Part shown: in pieces, positions 1 through 13,940 of the stretch
Layout: every line of letters starts with the position of its first letter
Position numbering within the stretch: the first letter of the stretch is position 1
From: the human T2T-CHM13v2.0 reference genome, Homo sapiens
DNA: 64,000 nucleotides
Reading direction: 5' to 3' (one strand)
Assembly: GCF_009914755.1 (NCBI RefSeq)
Contig: NC_060935.1
Notes under the pieces: model-generated
What the model was told of the DNA's origin: nothing
Databases searched by the model: none
Seen by the model: only the letters and a program-made list of their open reading frames with translations
Made by a program: the position numbers and the translations under genes

Positions 1-261
1 AGAATGTGACAAACCAGCTCAGCAACTTGTGATTACCCAGTAATCTATGTGCACTCTTAACTATGATCACTTCACTTCCCCCGCCATGCCGGGTTGGTGA
101 CTGCTTATCATCATCATCATCAACACCAAATGTACTCAGCGCTCTGCTTACTGGAAGCAGTACTCTTCCCCATCACCTTTCACAGTCCCCCTGTGTGAGG
201 TGAAAGTGCAGCAGTAGCCTATTTTCAGTCAGCCAGGCATGAACTTTTTCTTCCTACTTAG

Positions 262-724
262 TGAATGAGGGGCAGCATAATATCCCACCCCAAAACATGC
301 CACTTTGGCATAAGGATCATATTAAGCTGAAGGCAATTGAGAAGAAGCAGATACAAGAAAAGCTCTCTGCCTTTTCCCTATTTGCCTAAAAGTGTGACAT
401 AAATTTGTAAACTAGCTATTATCTTCCATTAGTTAGTTCCCTTGTGCATTTCCCTTCACATAATTTGCAGCTATAGAAACTCAAAGCCCTTTTCTTTTGT
501 TTTGTCATTTCTCTAAAAATTTGTTGTTCTTCTGTTAAGATGCTATTTAAATCCAAGTTCTTACTACTGCTTTGAGGTACTCATCACTGAATGCTCCTTT
601 GTGTAAACACATGTTAATCAACGTTTGTCTTTTTACTGTGAATTTGTCTTTGTTGGTCTAATTTTTAGGGCCTCAGCCAGAGAACCTAGGAGGGTAGAGG
701 GAATAATATTTTTTCTACCCTACA
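262..724 (+). mobile_element. ERV1 solo LTR (MER34/MER39-like group)
   Basis: TG...CA termini, 4-bp TSD TTAG on both sides, CCCCAAAAcATGCCACTTTGGCATAAGGAT 5' signature. Confidence 0.8.
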
Positions 725-1927
725 TTAGTCATAGGGAACTCCCACAGGGCTGAAAGTATGGGCTGGGGAAGAGCTATTGGTGCAAAAGACATAGGTGACG
801 TGAGAGGTTTGGCTACTTGGTCATGTGAAGAGTCTCCTACGTTTCCTTAAACTCAATAGCTGTTTTTTTTTTTGTTTTTTTTTTTTTTTGATAATTTGCA
901 TTTGATTATTTTTGGTCTTTTTCCTCTCAATGCAAATCATGATTAAATTATATAGCATGCCACTACATTTTTTTTTGTGGCATTTAATAATCGATTCAAT
1001 ACTTTTGCCATCAGGATTTTCTTTTGCCTACTTTTTTGTTTTGAGGAAGTTGTATTCATTTGTGGTGAAGGAAAGAATTCTCTAATGTTTTATATATTCC
1101 TTGGAAGGAAGTCTGACATCATGTTACATACTAGTTATTTCAGTCTGAGAATTTCCTAAGGTGTTTGTACCATTAGAAGTGTTCTGCTTGGTAAATACAA
1201 AACTCCACCAGTTCTTCTTTTTCAGGGCCTGCTTCATTGACTGAACTTCCCCAACCTGCATGTGTAGCCTCATCACAGATTGCCTAAAATGATGTCACAT
1301 TGCCATACATTATTAGCAGAGTTATTTTGTATAAGGGACATTCTTTTTCCTTAGGGACCTGTGTTTGGAGTATGCTTATGAGCCAGACAGAGAACTGGGG
1401 AAGCAGAATTGAAGTTCCTGGTTGGTTATAAATAATGTGTGTGGGTAGCATGATGCTGGAGGTGTTGGTACAGCACCCACAACGCACTTGACCACATTTA
1501 TGAGTCCCTTGAGGCGGTGACCGATCATGACCCTGGTTTGTGTTCACAGAACTGGTTTGTGGCCTGACATGCAGGAGGCAATGTAGGGTGGTAGAAACAA
1601 CATGGACTTTGAAATAAGGAACCTCTGGATTGAAATCTCAAAATTTAGATGTGGGTAGGGTATTAACTTCCCTGGGCCTAATTTCTTACCTCAAACATGT
1701 TAATATAGAAGGTCTAAAACTTTCTTGTTTCTGGCCTCCCGGGTCTTAGTGATTTTTTTCATAGTGCCCTTAGGCCAGAAAAATGACCAACAATCCTGTT
1801 TATTAACGGTCCTGTTTATTTAATTAGGTCTAAATCAACTTATTAAGTATGTCCCAACAACTTGGTAGCTATTTAAAAAAAATACCCATAAACTGAAAGA
1901 AAAAATAAATTTTAATTTTATTCTTAA

Positions 1928-2315
<388 letters not shown>

Positions 2316-2881
2316 TCACAGTGTTTGCTTTTTATTACAGCAACAGCAGAAAACCCAGCTTTGCAAAATTCAGTGATATCTAATGGAATATAGCGTCATC
2401 TACTATTGAAATTGTGAACTACTTCGAGCAGTTTGTGAAGTGTCCAGCAAACATCGAGTGTCACTGTATTTCCCTTGAAAATTTGAAGTATTCTGTGGGT
2501 TCACATTTTTAGCTCAGGTTTCTCAACATGCAGTTTGAGAACTGTGCATAGAATTGAGAAGACGTATGTGCAGGGATGTTGTGAGAATGAATGTTATAGT
2601 GATTAGGCAGTACCTGATGCATCATAGGTGCCCAATAAAGCAGCTAAGGACATGTGCTTGTTGAAAGAAGGAGAAGGGGAGGGGAGGAGAAATGGAAGGA
2701 GAAGCGGAAGGGAGGAGAAATGGAGGGAGCAAGGGATAGAGGACTCAGAAAAATATGGCTCATAACTTGATCCAGCAAAGATTCCTCTGAAAAATAAAAT
2801 CTCAATATGCCGAGACCAAGTCTTCTATGTATACCTCTTGCTGTTGCACTGACATGGGCTATGAGGTGGTACTGTCTCTTT

Positions 2882-2882
<1 letters not shown>

Positions 2883-2929
<47 letters not shown>

Positions 2930-2943
2930 CATGCACGCATGCA
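2883..2943. repeat. (AC)22 microsatellite extended by alternating purine/pyrimidine sequence
   Basis: Read directly from the sequence. Confidence 0.95.
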
Positions 2944-3373
2944 ATAGGCAGGTAGTGCACTGGAAAGAACCTGGGAATTCTACCTCAGAAGATCTGAGGT
3001 GGTTGAGTAATCTGGGGGAAATTATATGGCCTCCCTGAGCCTCAAGGGAGAACAGAACAAGTTGGGGACACCTTCAATTTGTACAGTAGTTCATGGCAAA
3101 CCAAGTGCTAATTGGCAACCAAGTGTCCAAGTGTCAGTCTCCGGGTCAGGGTGGTGATAAGGGAGAAGTGGTGACTGCATTCAGCTGGAGAGCCACAGCC
3201 ATGCTGAGTGGGGCAATTGCTACTCAGCTCTAATTGATTGTGATGGAATTGTCTGATTTTTCAAGTCATGTCAGAAAATGTTAACGTTGCATGAGAACCC
3301 TGATTTGTAAGTATCAACTAATTAAAACAAATACATTTTTAAAAGAACACTACTGTGTGGTCAAACACCATGC

Positions 3374-3441
3374 CTATATATATATATATATGTATATATA
3401 TGTGTGTGTATATATATATATATACATACACACACACATAC
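3374..3441. repeat. Compound (TA)n(TG)n(CA)n microsatellite
   Basis: Read directly from the sequence. Confidence 0.9.
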
Positions 3442-3623
3442 ATTTAGGTTAACTTTCACCCAGGGACCACTCCTTTTCAACCCTGGAACCAGTCCAATCC
3501 CTTTACTGCTGGTTGGCAGAGGCAGCAGCAAACCTAGCATATACGGCCCATGGATTGGACCATCTTTTGACAGCCCATTCTCTATACAACAAAGTTATTT
3601 CGTATAATAATCAGGAAGTTATT

Positions 3624-3781
3624 GGCTTGGTGGGATGGCCCAACATCTAATTGCAGCACTTTGGGAGGCTGAGGTGGGAGGATTGCTTGAGCTCAGAACT
3701 TCGATAGCAGCCTGGGCAACGTAGGGAGACACCGTCTCTATTAAAAATACAAAAATTAGACAGAGCAAGACCCTGTCTCAA
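3624..3781 (+). mobile_element. Old partial Alu (AluJ/FLAM-like)
   Basis: Left monomer joined to the 3' end of the right monomer. Confidence 0.8.
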
Positions 3782-6700
3782 TATATATATATAAACTGAA
3801 AAAGAATGGAGGAAGCAAAATTTTCAGTTAGTGAACATTTTATAGATAAGCATGCTAGGAAAACAAATAGAAAATAAAATACATATTCAAGTACAAAAGG
3901 GAAAATTATATTAATGTTGAAAAAAGGAAAAAATGTATGCCCCCTAGCAATCATCATAGTAATAAATAATGTTACAGTTTTTATTTTTGAGCCTGAACTT
4001 CATCATAATTGATCTTTATGTATTTATGTTAAACAATGTGTCAATCTATTTAGACTCATGGTTAATTGAAGAACACACTTTTTATTAATTTTAATTTTGA
4101 AAAGTTTCTTCACATGGAATAAGCAATATATAAATAATTAAGAAAAGTCTTAAACATAAGATTAAATTCGTCAAAGTCATAATAAATCCCATGTGCCTCA
4201 ATTCCAGAAATCACAATGCTATCATGCAATTTTCATATTCTCTCTACAATGGAAAAATTTTAAATACAAATAAAAGCTCTATGTGTCACAGACAATGGCA
4301 AAATTGGTGAAATTCAAGATCTGTTTTCCCATCTTTATAATCCCATGCTTCTATTGTTAATTTTGAATCAACTGTTTAAATGCAGGCATGTGTAGTGCAC
4401 AGGAATTGGCAGAATAAATTGTGCCAGAGTGAGCAGAAGCCATTATGGACACACATTCAAAGGATGTGTGTGCAGCTCAGTCCTCATTTGTCCGAGGCTA
4501 ACTGAATAGCTAGAAGTCCTCCAAACTAACTTCCATGTGGGACACAATATCTATTAAGTGATAAATATGTGCTAGTTTGAAGTATACATATATATTAGCA
4601 AAATTCCACAGTCACTTCAGCATTTGTTTAGAACATAGACCTATACAAGATTAGTTGGGAAGGAAGATTTGGTCAATGATATTGTTTAGAATTTCTGGCA
4701 TATGGTGATTATAAAATACAGACTGAGTTTTAGTTAGTCTGAAAAGATGCAGCAAGTCATCCAAGAACACAGAGCTCATCAGCAGGAGAACTGCACTAGA
4801 ACCCAGATTTCTTATTACCTGGCACCAAGTAACAAGATGGATAGCACCACTACATGGGGCAGGTCCTTAGGGATTTAGAAGCAACATAAAGATACAAATT
4901 ATTCTAATATTATACCAATTATTAAATGATTGCTTTTGATGAACTAGACATTGTGCTAAGATCTTTATCTAGATTATCTCAATTCTCGTAACATTAATTC
5001 TATAATTATTATTCCCATTTTGCAGTTGGGAAAACTGAGGCTTAGAGAAGTAAATAATTTGTTCCAAATCACATAGCTCTTACTGGCCTGATTACAGACC
5101 CCATAGCCAGTGATGCATTAATAAGGTGTGTGTCATTGGAAAGGTAAAGGAGGACAAATAACAGAATCACATAACTAACTGCCTAACGTTGTGAGCTCCT
5201 GCTGTAGCCACTGCCACCTTACCCCAGTCTCCACCCATCTAGCAATTTGCCTTTTTACTTTTGGATTCTGGGAACATACGCTGGGTCTGAGTTTTAGACT
5301 CTATTTGAGAAGCTGTGGGATCACAGACATGTTATTTAACTTTCACTGCCTGATGAATGATGCAAGAAAGTGGGACAGATGTCATCAAGGGCCCTTCTGG
5401 GAGTGAAGCATGAATCCCTTATAATAGCACGTTGACCATAGCAGCTCCAATGGAGTCCAGAGAACGTGTAGGCAGCTCTCTCAAGCTGCAAAATCCTGCT
5501 TGTGTCTGGAGTTTTCACAGATAGCCAGGGAGACTTTGAAGCTGCTTTGTCTCAGGCATGTGGTGCTTGGTCACAATGCATTGCTTAGCAGTCTACATCC
5601 CCTGTACACTGACGCTTTCTTCTCACTTCTCAATTGACATTCTTCTCACTCATGGCTACAACAGTTGGGCTGGAAATCCTGCCCTTCCTTCACAGTATTA
5701 CCCATGAAAGAGGATAAAACAAGAGCCTTAGCCCCTGTGTTTGCCTCCCGGGAGACGGGGAGACTAGAGTGTTAACAGTTCTCCTTCTACCTACGAACTC
5801 CTGGGAGGGGAAAGCCTAGGTACTTTTACCAAGAAGCTAAGAAACTGGAACTGGAAATTTGAAGCTGTTAAAAAAATAATAATTTCAGATATCCAGGCTA
5901 CCACTGAAGTTGGAAGACTAGAGTGAACAGTTTTCTCTTGAGAATATAATTTATGGCATTTTGGGATTATGAAAGTCATGATCCAGGAAATAGGAAATGG
6001 AGGCAAAGGAAGTAAAATTGATTGATGTAATAAAGCAATAGGCCTTTTCTCTTCTTCATAGTGGTCCCAAGGAGTATTATAGGGTCACTGAATGTGGAGA
6101 ATTAGGAAAAGGGAGAAGAGACACAAGAGGAGAGAAAAGAGGCCACAGCAACTGTTAGGGACTAGGGCCCATGAAGAGAAACAGGAGCAAACAATATTGA
6201 GATGAGAACGGCCAGGCAAGGTTACAAGAGTGAGGTCTGATACTCATTTGTAAATTGTTTCCTCTCCTCTGCTGTGATCTCCCTCTTGAAACTGCTGCCC
6301 TCATCAACACTGTGAAGAGGTGAGATGGAGTTGAGGAGGAGCTGTGTCCACATTGAAGAACTCCAGACTCAGGAAGGGTGACAAGCACAGACAATCATGA
6401 CAATGCTCAGGGGTGGAGCTTGGAGAGGAGATGGTGTACACAATGCAGAGAATGCAGGCATCCCCCTAACAGAGGTATTCTCAGAAGGATTTGGGTGCTG
6501 GTGTTGTTTTGGCAGGAAGGGGATAACGAGAGAACCAGTCAGGATGGGGGATTTTGTCATTGTATTTGGATATTAGAGAAATGTGTGGCCTCAAAGGCGG
6601 AAATCTGGAGACGCTTGAGCTAAAATGTAACGCTATAAGCTGGCTCAGATAAGTGTCCACCAAAAAGTAAGGCCAGGCCCTGTCTTGGATCTCAAAGAGG

Positions 6701-7816
6701 GTGATTGAGTTTCCCAGGGTTTTCTTCCCTCAGGGGAGGTCCAAGTGTTTTAAGAGGGGAAAACCGATGATCTGTACACAGAAACACTCCATTTGTGGGT
6801 TGTGGAAGGTGGGTAGACAGCCAGAGGTTCAGGGCATCCTTCCAGGAGTTTACCTTAGGTCTGCAAGGCGAGGCTTATCAAAGAGACTGCCGGCATTTTA
6901 AGAGGAATTCCCATCAGAGTGGTGACAAGCACCAGCGGAATGAGGAAGAAAGGAAAAAATCACACTCAGAAACAATAAACAGCAAAAGAAGGAGTTCCAA
7001 GGAGAGACAACTGAGTAGTGTTCTCCCTTGGGAAAGGTGAAATATCTGGAAAAATCACTCCTTCATTTAAGACCCTGGGGTCTGTGTTATTCTGGGGAGA
7101 GCTCCGGAAAAATTAGACAACTCACTGCTAAGGATGACATTGCTGCATGAGGCTGGAAATGCAGAGGGCAGAGTGAGCCAAATGCATAGAGCTCTTGACC
7201 TTGCTTGCATATTCTTTACCTCCCAGCCTTCCTGGGCCATCCTTTCCCTCCTTCCAAATTGCCTATCTTTCTTCCTTTGCTAACTCCGTCTGGAAGCCTC
7301 TTCTCCTCATCAGCCCTGTGCAGTGCTGATGGTTAACTTATGCACAAGATGAAATGCTGCTCTTCCTTTAGTGCGCTATGATGGTTATTTTTCACATGTG
7401 TTTTCTCTGTGGCTATAATTGCATTGAAATCTGTCTCAGGAGAGGCTTAATGGCTAAGAGCATTGGACATGGGTTAAAATCCTGGCTTGCCTCTTTTTAG
7501 TAAATGACAGGGGCAGGTTCACTTAATCTGAAAATGGAGAAAACAGTAATACCCACCTCACTGAACTGTTGTGAAGATTAAATGAAACAGCACATGTAAG
7601 GCACTTAGTGGCTGGCATATACTAAAAGCTCAATAACAAAGATCATTCAGTAGAACTCAATAAAAACTCTCACACACTGCTGTTGGGAGTGTACATGACA
7701 ATGACTGCTTTTGAAAACAATTTAGTGGTATATATTAAAGCTGAACGTATGCATAGATTATGGCCAAACAATTCCACTTCCATATACTCTTAGGCCTTTA
7801 CTTTCCCAAATGCATA

Positions 7817-8390
7817 CGTATTAGTTATCTAATAATAAATCACTCCAAAACGTAATAGCCAAAACAACATTTATTATAGCAGGTTCTGTGGGTCAGGAGT
7901 TCAGGTGTGGCTGAGCTGGGTCTTCTGTCTCAGGGTATTTCACAAGGCTGCAGTCAGCCAGGGCTGTGGTCACCTCAAGGCCTGTTTGGGGAAAAATCCA
8001 CTTCCAAGCTTACCAATGAAGTTGTTGTCAGGATTCAGCTCTTCATGTGTTGTTGGAATGATGACCTCAGGTCCGTACAGAAGTCTGTCCTCAATTCCTC
8101 GCCACTGAGACTCTCCATAGGGCAGCTCAAAACAAGGCAGCGGCTTCATCAGAGAAAGCAAGCAAGAAGAGTGAGAGTGAGAATGAGCAAGAGAGAGAGA
8201 GATCCCCAGCAAGTCCAAGGTCATGGCCTTTAATAACCTAATCTTAGAGAGCAACGCTCCATCATGTTTGCCATATTCTGTTTGTTATGAATCACTACAT
8301 CCACTTCACACACAAGGGTGGGGATTACACAGGACAAGAATAGCCAGAGGCAGGAACCATTAAGAACTGTTTTAGAAGCTCTCTACCACA
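7817..8390. mobile_element. MaLR LTR (MLT1 family) inserted in an old L1 3' fragment (~7660-8640)
   Basis: GTTCTGTGGGTCAGGA..TTCAGG and CTACCACA end motifs; flanks carry L1M 3' motifs (caattccactt, aaacaacccaatgtcca). Confidence 0.7.
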
Positions 8391-9112
8391 TGGAGTTTCA
8401 CTAATAGATACTCACAAGAATATTCATAGTTGCACCGTTTGCAACAGTTAAAGCAGGGAAACAACCCAATGTCCATTAGCAACAGAATGGACAAACATAT
8501 TACAAATCATTGTAATATATTCATACAATTAAATTCTAAACAACAGTGAGAATGAACAAATTATACCTACATGCAGCAGTATGAATAAGACTTTCAGACA
8601 TAATGATGAGCAAAAGGAATCAAACAAAAAAGAATGTATATTATACATGCTTGTTTCATTTCAAGGGTTTTATTCTTATTTAGAAATAAGTATAGCATAG
8701 ATAACGAGCTTGGGAAAACTACTAATGTTCCCAATCTAACAAAGTAAAATCTTACAAAGCAGTTGGCTTATCTAACATCCTGACTCCCTCCATTTTGTGT
8801 TATAGCTGGAAGTTACTGGAAACCTTACCGAACTTCTTTTTCCCCTTGGATCTTATTTCTGAGAGACAGAGACACTCTTCAAAACTTACCCTCTTCCTGG
8901 GTAAAGAAGCAGTCCTTTCCATTAAGACTTCCATTTCAGAACTTTGGTGATACTTTATAATCTTTTTCTATCCTATTATAAAATAGCAATAGTAGACTTT
9001 ACCAACAATATGGATTTAGTAACTCACATTGATCTAGACCACAGTGTACCTTTAAAGAACAGAAAATCTAAGTAAAAAATATTAGATATACTGAAAATTT
9101 AGTTGTGAGGCC

Positions 9113-9784
9113 TTTTGGGGTACAGAAAGCAATACCCCAAAATATGGTGCTTTGGCATGTTGAGTGCTTGGAATTAAAGAAAATTGAAGGAGCTTAGAAA
9201 TAAGCCTCAGAACCAAGGTCTTTCTCTGACCTTCCCCTTCCTCCCTGTCTCTCTGATCCTTTTTCTTCATGAAGAAAGAAGGGACTCTGTGGAATTTTCT
9301 TCTCTGACTAAGAAAGCTTCTTACAAGGAGAATTGCAATTGTCTTAAAATATCCTTCCTAAGAATCACATGAAATAACCAGAAAAGATTAACCACTAGAG
9401 AAGAGGAGATACTGGGAGTCATCACCATGCCTAAACAGACTTTCCATCTATTCTTCTGAGGGCAGCTCCAGGAGATTAACTGGGAAGCTTTAACTGGATA
9501 ATAAGACTACCTTTGTTCACTGTGAAGTTCTGCCCCTTGCCTTCTCACCACCTCCCTCCGAGCTCAAAGGAACTTTGTTATTTACTCCGTGCTGTATGAA
9601 GAAGGCTATATAAGCATCCGGACCTCATTGGATTATTGGGCAATCATTTTCCTGTGATTCTCCCATGCTTATGCACATTAAATACATTTTTTATGACTTT
9701 TTCTCCTATTAATCTGCCTTTTGTCAGTTTATTTTCAGCAAACCTTCAGAGGGCAAAGGTGAAGCTTTCCTTCTTTACTCTACA
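9113..9784 (+). mobile_element. ERV1 solo LTR (MER31/MER39-like group)
   Basis: 4-bp TSD GGCC, ATACCCCAAAATATGG..TTTGGCAT signature, TATATAA box near 9607, ends CTACA. Confidence 0.8.
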
Positions 9785-10053
9785 GGCCCTTGAGAAATCT
9801 TGAAATATATTCTTCATTACATTAAAGCAATTCTGTGCTGTGAGAAAGAATGGCAACTAGTCTCTGTCAATGTATTCAAAAAATTATTAGGAGGCTATTA
9901 TGTGATAGGAAATATTTTCAGAGGTAGAGATAATTTTTCCTTTTCTACAACAAGCTTAAATTGTACTAAGTCACTTAATATTTATTTGTGTAGTCATTTA
10001 TTGAACTAACACCATGTAACACGTTTTATGCACATTAGTAATCATTATTTTAT

Positions 10054-10490
10054 TGTATCAGCTTTTGCTATGTAATAAATCACTCCAAACACAGTGGCTT
10101 AAAATAAACATTTTATCTAGCTTTTGGGTATCTATGGTTGGCTGGGATGTTTGGGAAGGCTGGGACTTTTGAGGCAGCTAAAATGGCTTAAATGGCTGAC
10201 TTCTCTCTGTATAACCTCCCATTCTCTGGAAGACTAGCTGATAATTCTTCACATGGTGGTCTCAGGGTTTCTAACAGCAAGACAACTCAAGCTCCAATGT
10301 GTACATATTTTTCAATCCTCTGCTTGCATTACATTTGATAATGCCCTATTCAAGCCCAAATTGAAGTTTAGATTTAAGGAATAAAAAAATAAATTCCACT
10401 TCAATATAAAAGGAGTGGCAAATTCACATTTAAGTGGGCACATGTACAGGGCTGGTAAGAATTACTGTGGCCATTTCTGCAAACGGTTTA
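10054..10490. mobile_element. Old MaLR LTR (MLT1 family)
   Basis: TGTATCAG..AAATCACTCCAAAACACAGTGGCTTAAAA start motif. Confidence 0.6.
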
Positions 10491-11329
10491 CTGTGTTTAG
10501 CATCCCCATTTTTCATTCAGGAAAACAAACTCAAGGAGTAATTTGAGCAAGTTTATAAAGTCGGACAGGATTTGAACATAGAGGAGTGACCATCAACTTT
10601 ATATTCTTCCCATATATCACCCTGCTTCTAGGTGGAGCGAGCTTCACAAACCACTTTTCAGAGATTGCCAACTCTGAGAAAAAGGAAAGATGTGACTTTG
10701 CGACAACCATTTTGCCTGCTGTAGGAAGGCAGTCAATACAAATGCACTCTTTTATGTCATTATGTCAGTGCTCTGGGCATAGTCAGTGCTCTGGGAAGTC
10801 TCCCAGGCAGCCTATTTTCCAGTACAGGGACTAGCTTAGACCGAGGCAATGAAAAATTCATGACAAGAGAGTTCAGAAAATGTAGTGTACTTGCTGCCTT
10901 CAGGTACCACTTGATTGACTTCTCTCATATTGGGCTCTGCAGTAGCCATGTAATAAAGCAAGGGTGGGAAATTCCATGTTGGAAGCCCTCTTCCTGGGGC
11001 TCATCCCTGAAGGCTGTATGGTTGCTGCCTAAGATGGTAAGGGTATCAGGCAGGTTTACGTGGTGTCTGTGGCCGTGGCAGTATGTACAGAGGACAGTGA
11101 CCATAATAGTGTCATGGAGGGGAATCTTCCTAACGAGATTTAGTTTACTAAGTTAACATTGCAGGTATTACTTGAATTGTATTCCCTGCTATATGCAACT
11201 ATTAAATTAGATTTTTTCTTAGGGATGATCCTCTTTATATTTTATTGATAAAAATTTAGTGACAATACTTCAGCTATTTCACAGAGTTGTATTTGCATTC
11301 TGACTAATTAGTTCAAAATGCTACCTCTA

Positions 11330-11640
11330 GTCTGGGCATGGTGGCTCATGCCTATAACCCTAGCACTTTGGGAGGCCGACACAGGAGGATCGCTTGAGCC
11401 CAGGAGAAAGAGACCAGCCTGGGAAACATGTGAGACTCTTGTTTCTACAAAAAAAATTTAAAAATTAGCCAGGTGTGGGGGCATGCACCTGTGGTAATAG
11501 CTACTCAGGAGACTAAGGTGGGAGCATCACTTGAGCCAAGGAGGCAGAGGTTGCAGTGAGCTATGATCGCACCACTGCACTGCAGCCTGAGCGACAGAAT
11601 GAGACTTGTCTCAAGCAAAAACAAAAACAAGAACAAAAAC
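11330..11640 (+). mobile_element. AluJ
   Basis: GGAGGATCGCTTGAGCCCAGGAG and GAGCTATGATCG diagnostics, A-rich tail. Confidence 0.93.
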
Positions 11641-12261
11641 CCAACAACCAAAATGCTGCCTCTAGTTTTCTGCCTATTTGTGTAATGCATATGCATATTT
11701 CTGATATGTTTATGTTTGCAGAATGAATAGACTAACCAAAGCTAAAGCACAAATGCAAAAATTGGCATTGATGAGAACTGATTCTACTTACGTGACATTC
11801 TGGAAAAGAGAAAATATACGAACAGAAAACAGATCAGTAGTTACCACGGACTAGAGAAAGCTGAGGGAATTGACTACAAACGGGCACAAAGGAACTTTTC
11901 TGGGTGATGGAAACATTCTACATCTTGATAGTGGTGTTGGTTACCTGACCTCCTAAACTCATAACTGTACACTTAAAATGGGTGAAATTTACCATATGTA
12001 CCTCAATAAGCCCAACTTAGGAAAACAATAAAAATAATGATGCCCCAACCATCTTATTTAAATAATCTACATTTTAAAAGATGCTAAATTAGGATAAATT
12101 TTAAAATTTTTCAATGAATTTTACTGTTTAGAAATTTATCATTAAGGAAAACTATTCCAGACTTAGAAAACGTAGAGATAGTTGTGTCCTTTCAAACTCA
12201 TATAAAAGCATTGTCTAATAAGCTGACCTGAGGGACATCTGATGCTTTAGAATGATGTTAC

Positions 12262-13210
12262 TGATAACAGCAGGAGGCAGACATATTCCTAGGCAGACAG
12301 GGGTGGGTCTGCAGTGAAACCTGACCCTCAAGCCAAAAACAGCCTGAAGCCTGAAAACCTGGCTCCGGGTTCCAGATAGAGTCCACAACCTAAGCGAGAA
12401 CTATTTCTGTGTGCCCGCTCTTTTCTGATTGGTTATTTCTGAAAACTTCCTTTTAATCAATCAAATGTTGCCTTTTCCAAGGGTACCTACAGCCCACATC
12501 TCCCCCATTCTGAGCCTATAAAAACCCCAGACTCAGCCACATGGAGGGACTACCCAACTTTGGGTAGGGGCTACTCACTTTGGGAACCCTCTCTGTGGAG
12601 AGCTCTTCTGCCATTTGATAAAACTCTTCTCTGCCTTGGTCACCCTCTGGTTGGCTGCATAACTCATTCTTCTCGAACGTAGGACAAGAACCTGGGACCT
12701 GCTGAATGATTGGTGCAAAAAAGACTGTAACATGTTCCTGGCTGGCTCACTGAGCTGTGGGCATTGACACACTCCCATTCTCTGGTCCGTGGGAGAGAAG
12801 AGCTGCAACCCTTCTGGAGCCCAGACCTCAGGACTCCCCAAGCTGGAGCTGTAACACCCCCTTTGGGTTCCACGGTTGCTGATGTCTCTGAGTTTTTCAG
12901 GCACCACCATGTTCCTCTCATCCAGATGCTGGTGCCCAAGGTGGAGGCCACTTGCAGTATTCCTGGTCCAGCTGCAGACTTGTACAGAGCTGGCCCCTGG
13001 AGTTGCCCCCTACTGCTGTAGCAGCTGGTGCTCCTGGCTTGCCCTTGATGGGTGTGAGATCCAGGTTGGCAGCATGAGCACAGCACAGCCTGCTGGGCCG
13101 AGTATGTGGGGCAAGTCTAGCAGTGAGCCCTGAGTGGAGTGAAGCTGGGGCAGGAGTGCTGCCGGCCGCAGAAATTTCCACCTGGAAAGCAGCACCTAAA
13201 AATCCTGTCA
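12262..13210 (+). mobile_element. ERV1 solo LTR (LTR1/LTR27/LTR28 family)
   Basis: TGATA..CAGGAGGCAGAC start, AATCCTGTCA end, near-TSD TTAC/TTTC, internal CCAAT and TATA boxes. Confidence 0.8.
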
Positions 13211-13333
13211 TTTCTTTTGTTAAAATTACTATTTACTATTGATTAGGACTAGATTCTAGGAATTAACATCTATCATTACAGAGTTGAAAATAATTTTCAT
13301 TTGGTAGAGATGAAATTGATTTCTGTGTGATTG

Positions 13334-13877
13334 TGTAGGGGAGGAAAAAATGCTCCCTTCTACCCTTCTATGTTCTGTGGCTGGTCTAAGAATTAAATGG
13401 ACATAAAACACATTAGTAGGAGAAAAATAACTTTAATTTATGGACATATGCGTGGGAATCCCACTAAAAATGAGACTCAAGGAAGTACCCAGATAACTGA
13501 GACATATGTCAGCATAAGCTATAGGAAAAAATAGGGCTTTGGAACTTCTGGGGAGTGGTGGAGGCAAATGATGGGAAGGTGAGAGGAGGAAATGTAGGGT
13601 GAATATAGTTTAACTTCTTATGTGGATAAGAGTCTCTCAGGCAATAAAAATTGTCTTGGAGTTGTTCTCTTCCTGGTATGGATACCTTTACTAATAGAAA
13701 TTTTCTTTGTAAATGTAAATTTTCCTTACAGAAGGGGAAGTTTATACATTATTTTAAACAGGTGAGGGGGAAGTGAAGAGCTTTTTCTGCATTGGCTGTT
13801 TCTTAATTTACTTTAGCTTGAAATAAGCAATATGCCAAGTGGCATATTTTGAGGGTAGCATGTTTTGAACCCCTTCA
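13334..13877 (-). mobile_element. ERV1 solo LTR (MER34/MER39-like), reverse orientation
   Basis: Reverse complement begins TGAAGGGGTTCAAAACATGCTACCCTCAAAATATGCC and ends CCCTACA. Confidence 0.7.
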
Positions 13878-13940
13878 GTAGAAAACATAATCCAGAGGTT
13901 ATGATTTTATAGCTCTTTACGACATTAGCCGGTTTTGCTC

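Noticed and set aside
12575-13211. Cluster of six ORFs on both strands
   Set aside because: GC-rich LTR sequence with few stop codons; no recognisable protein motif.
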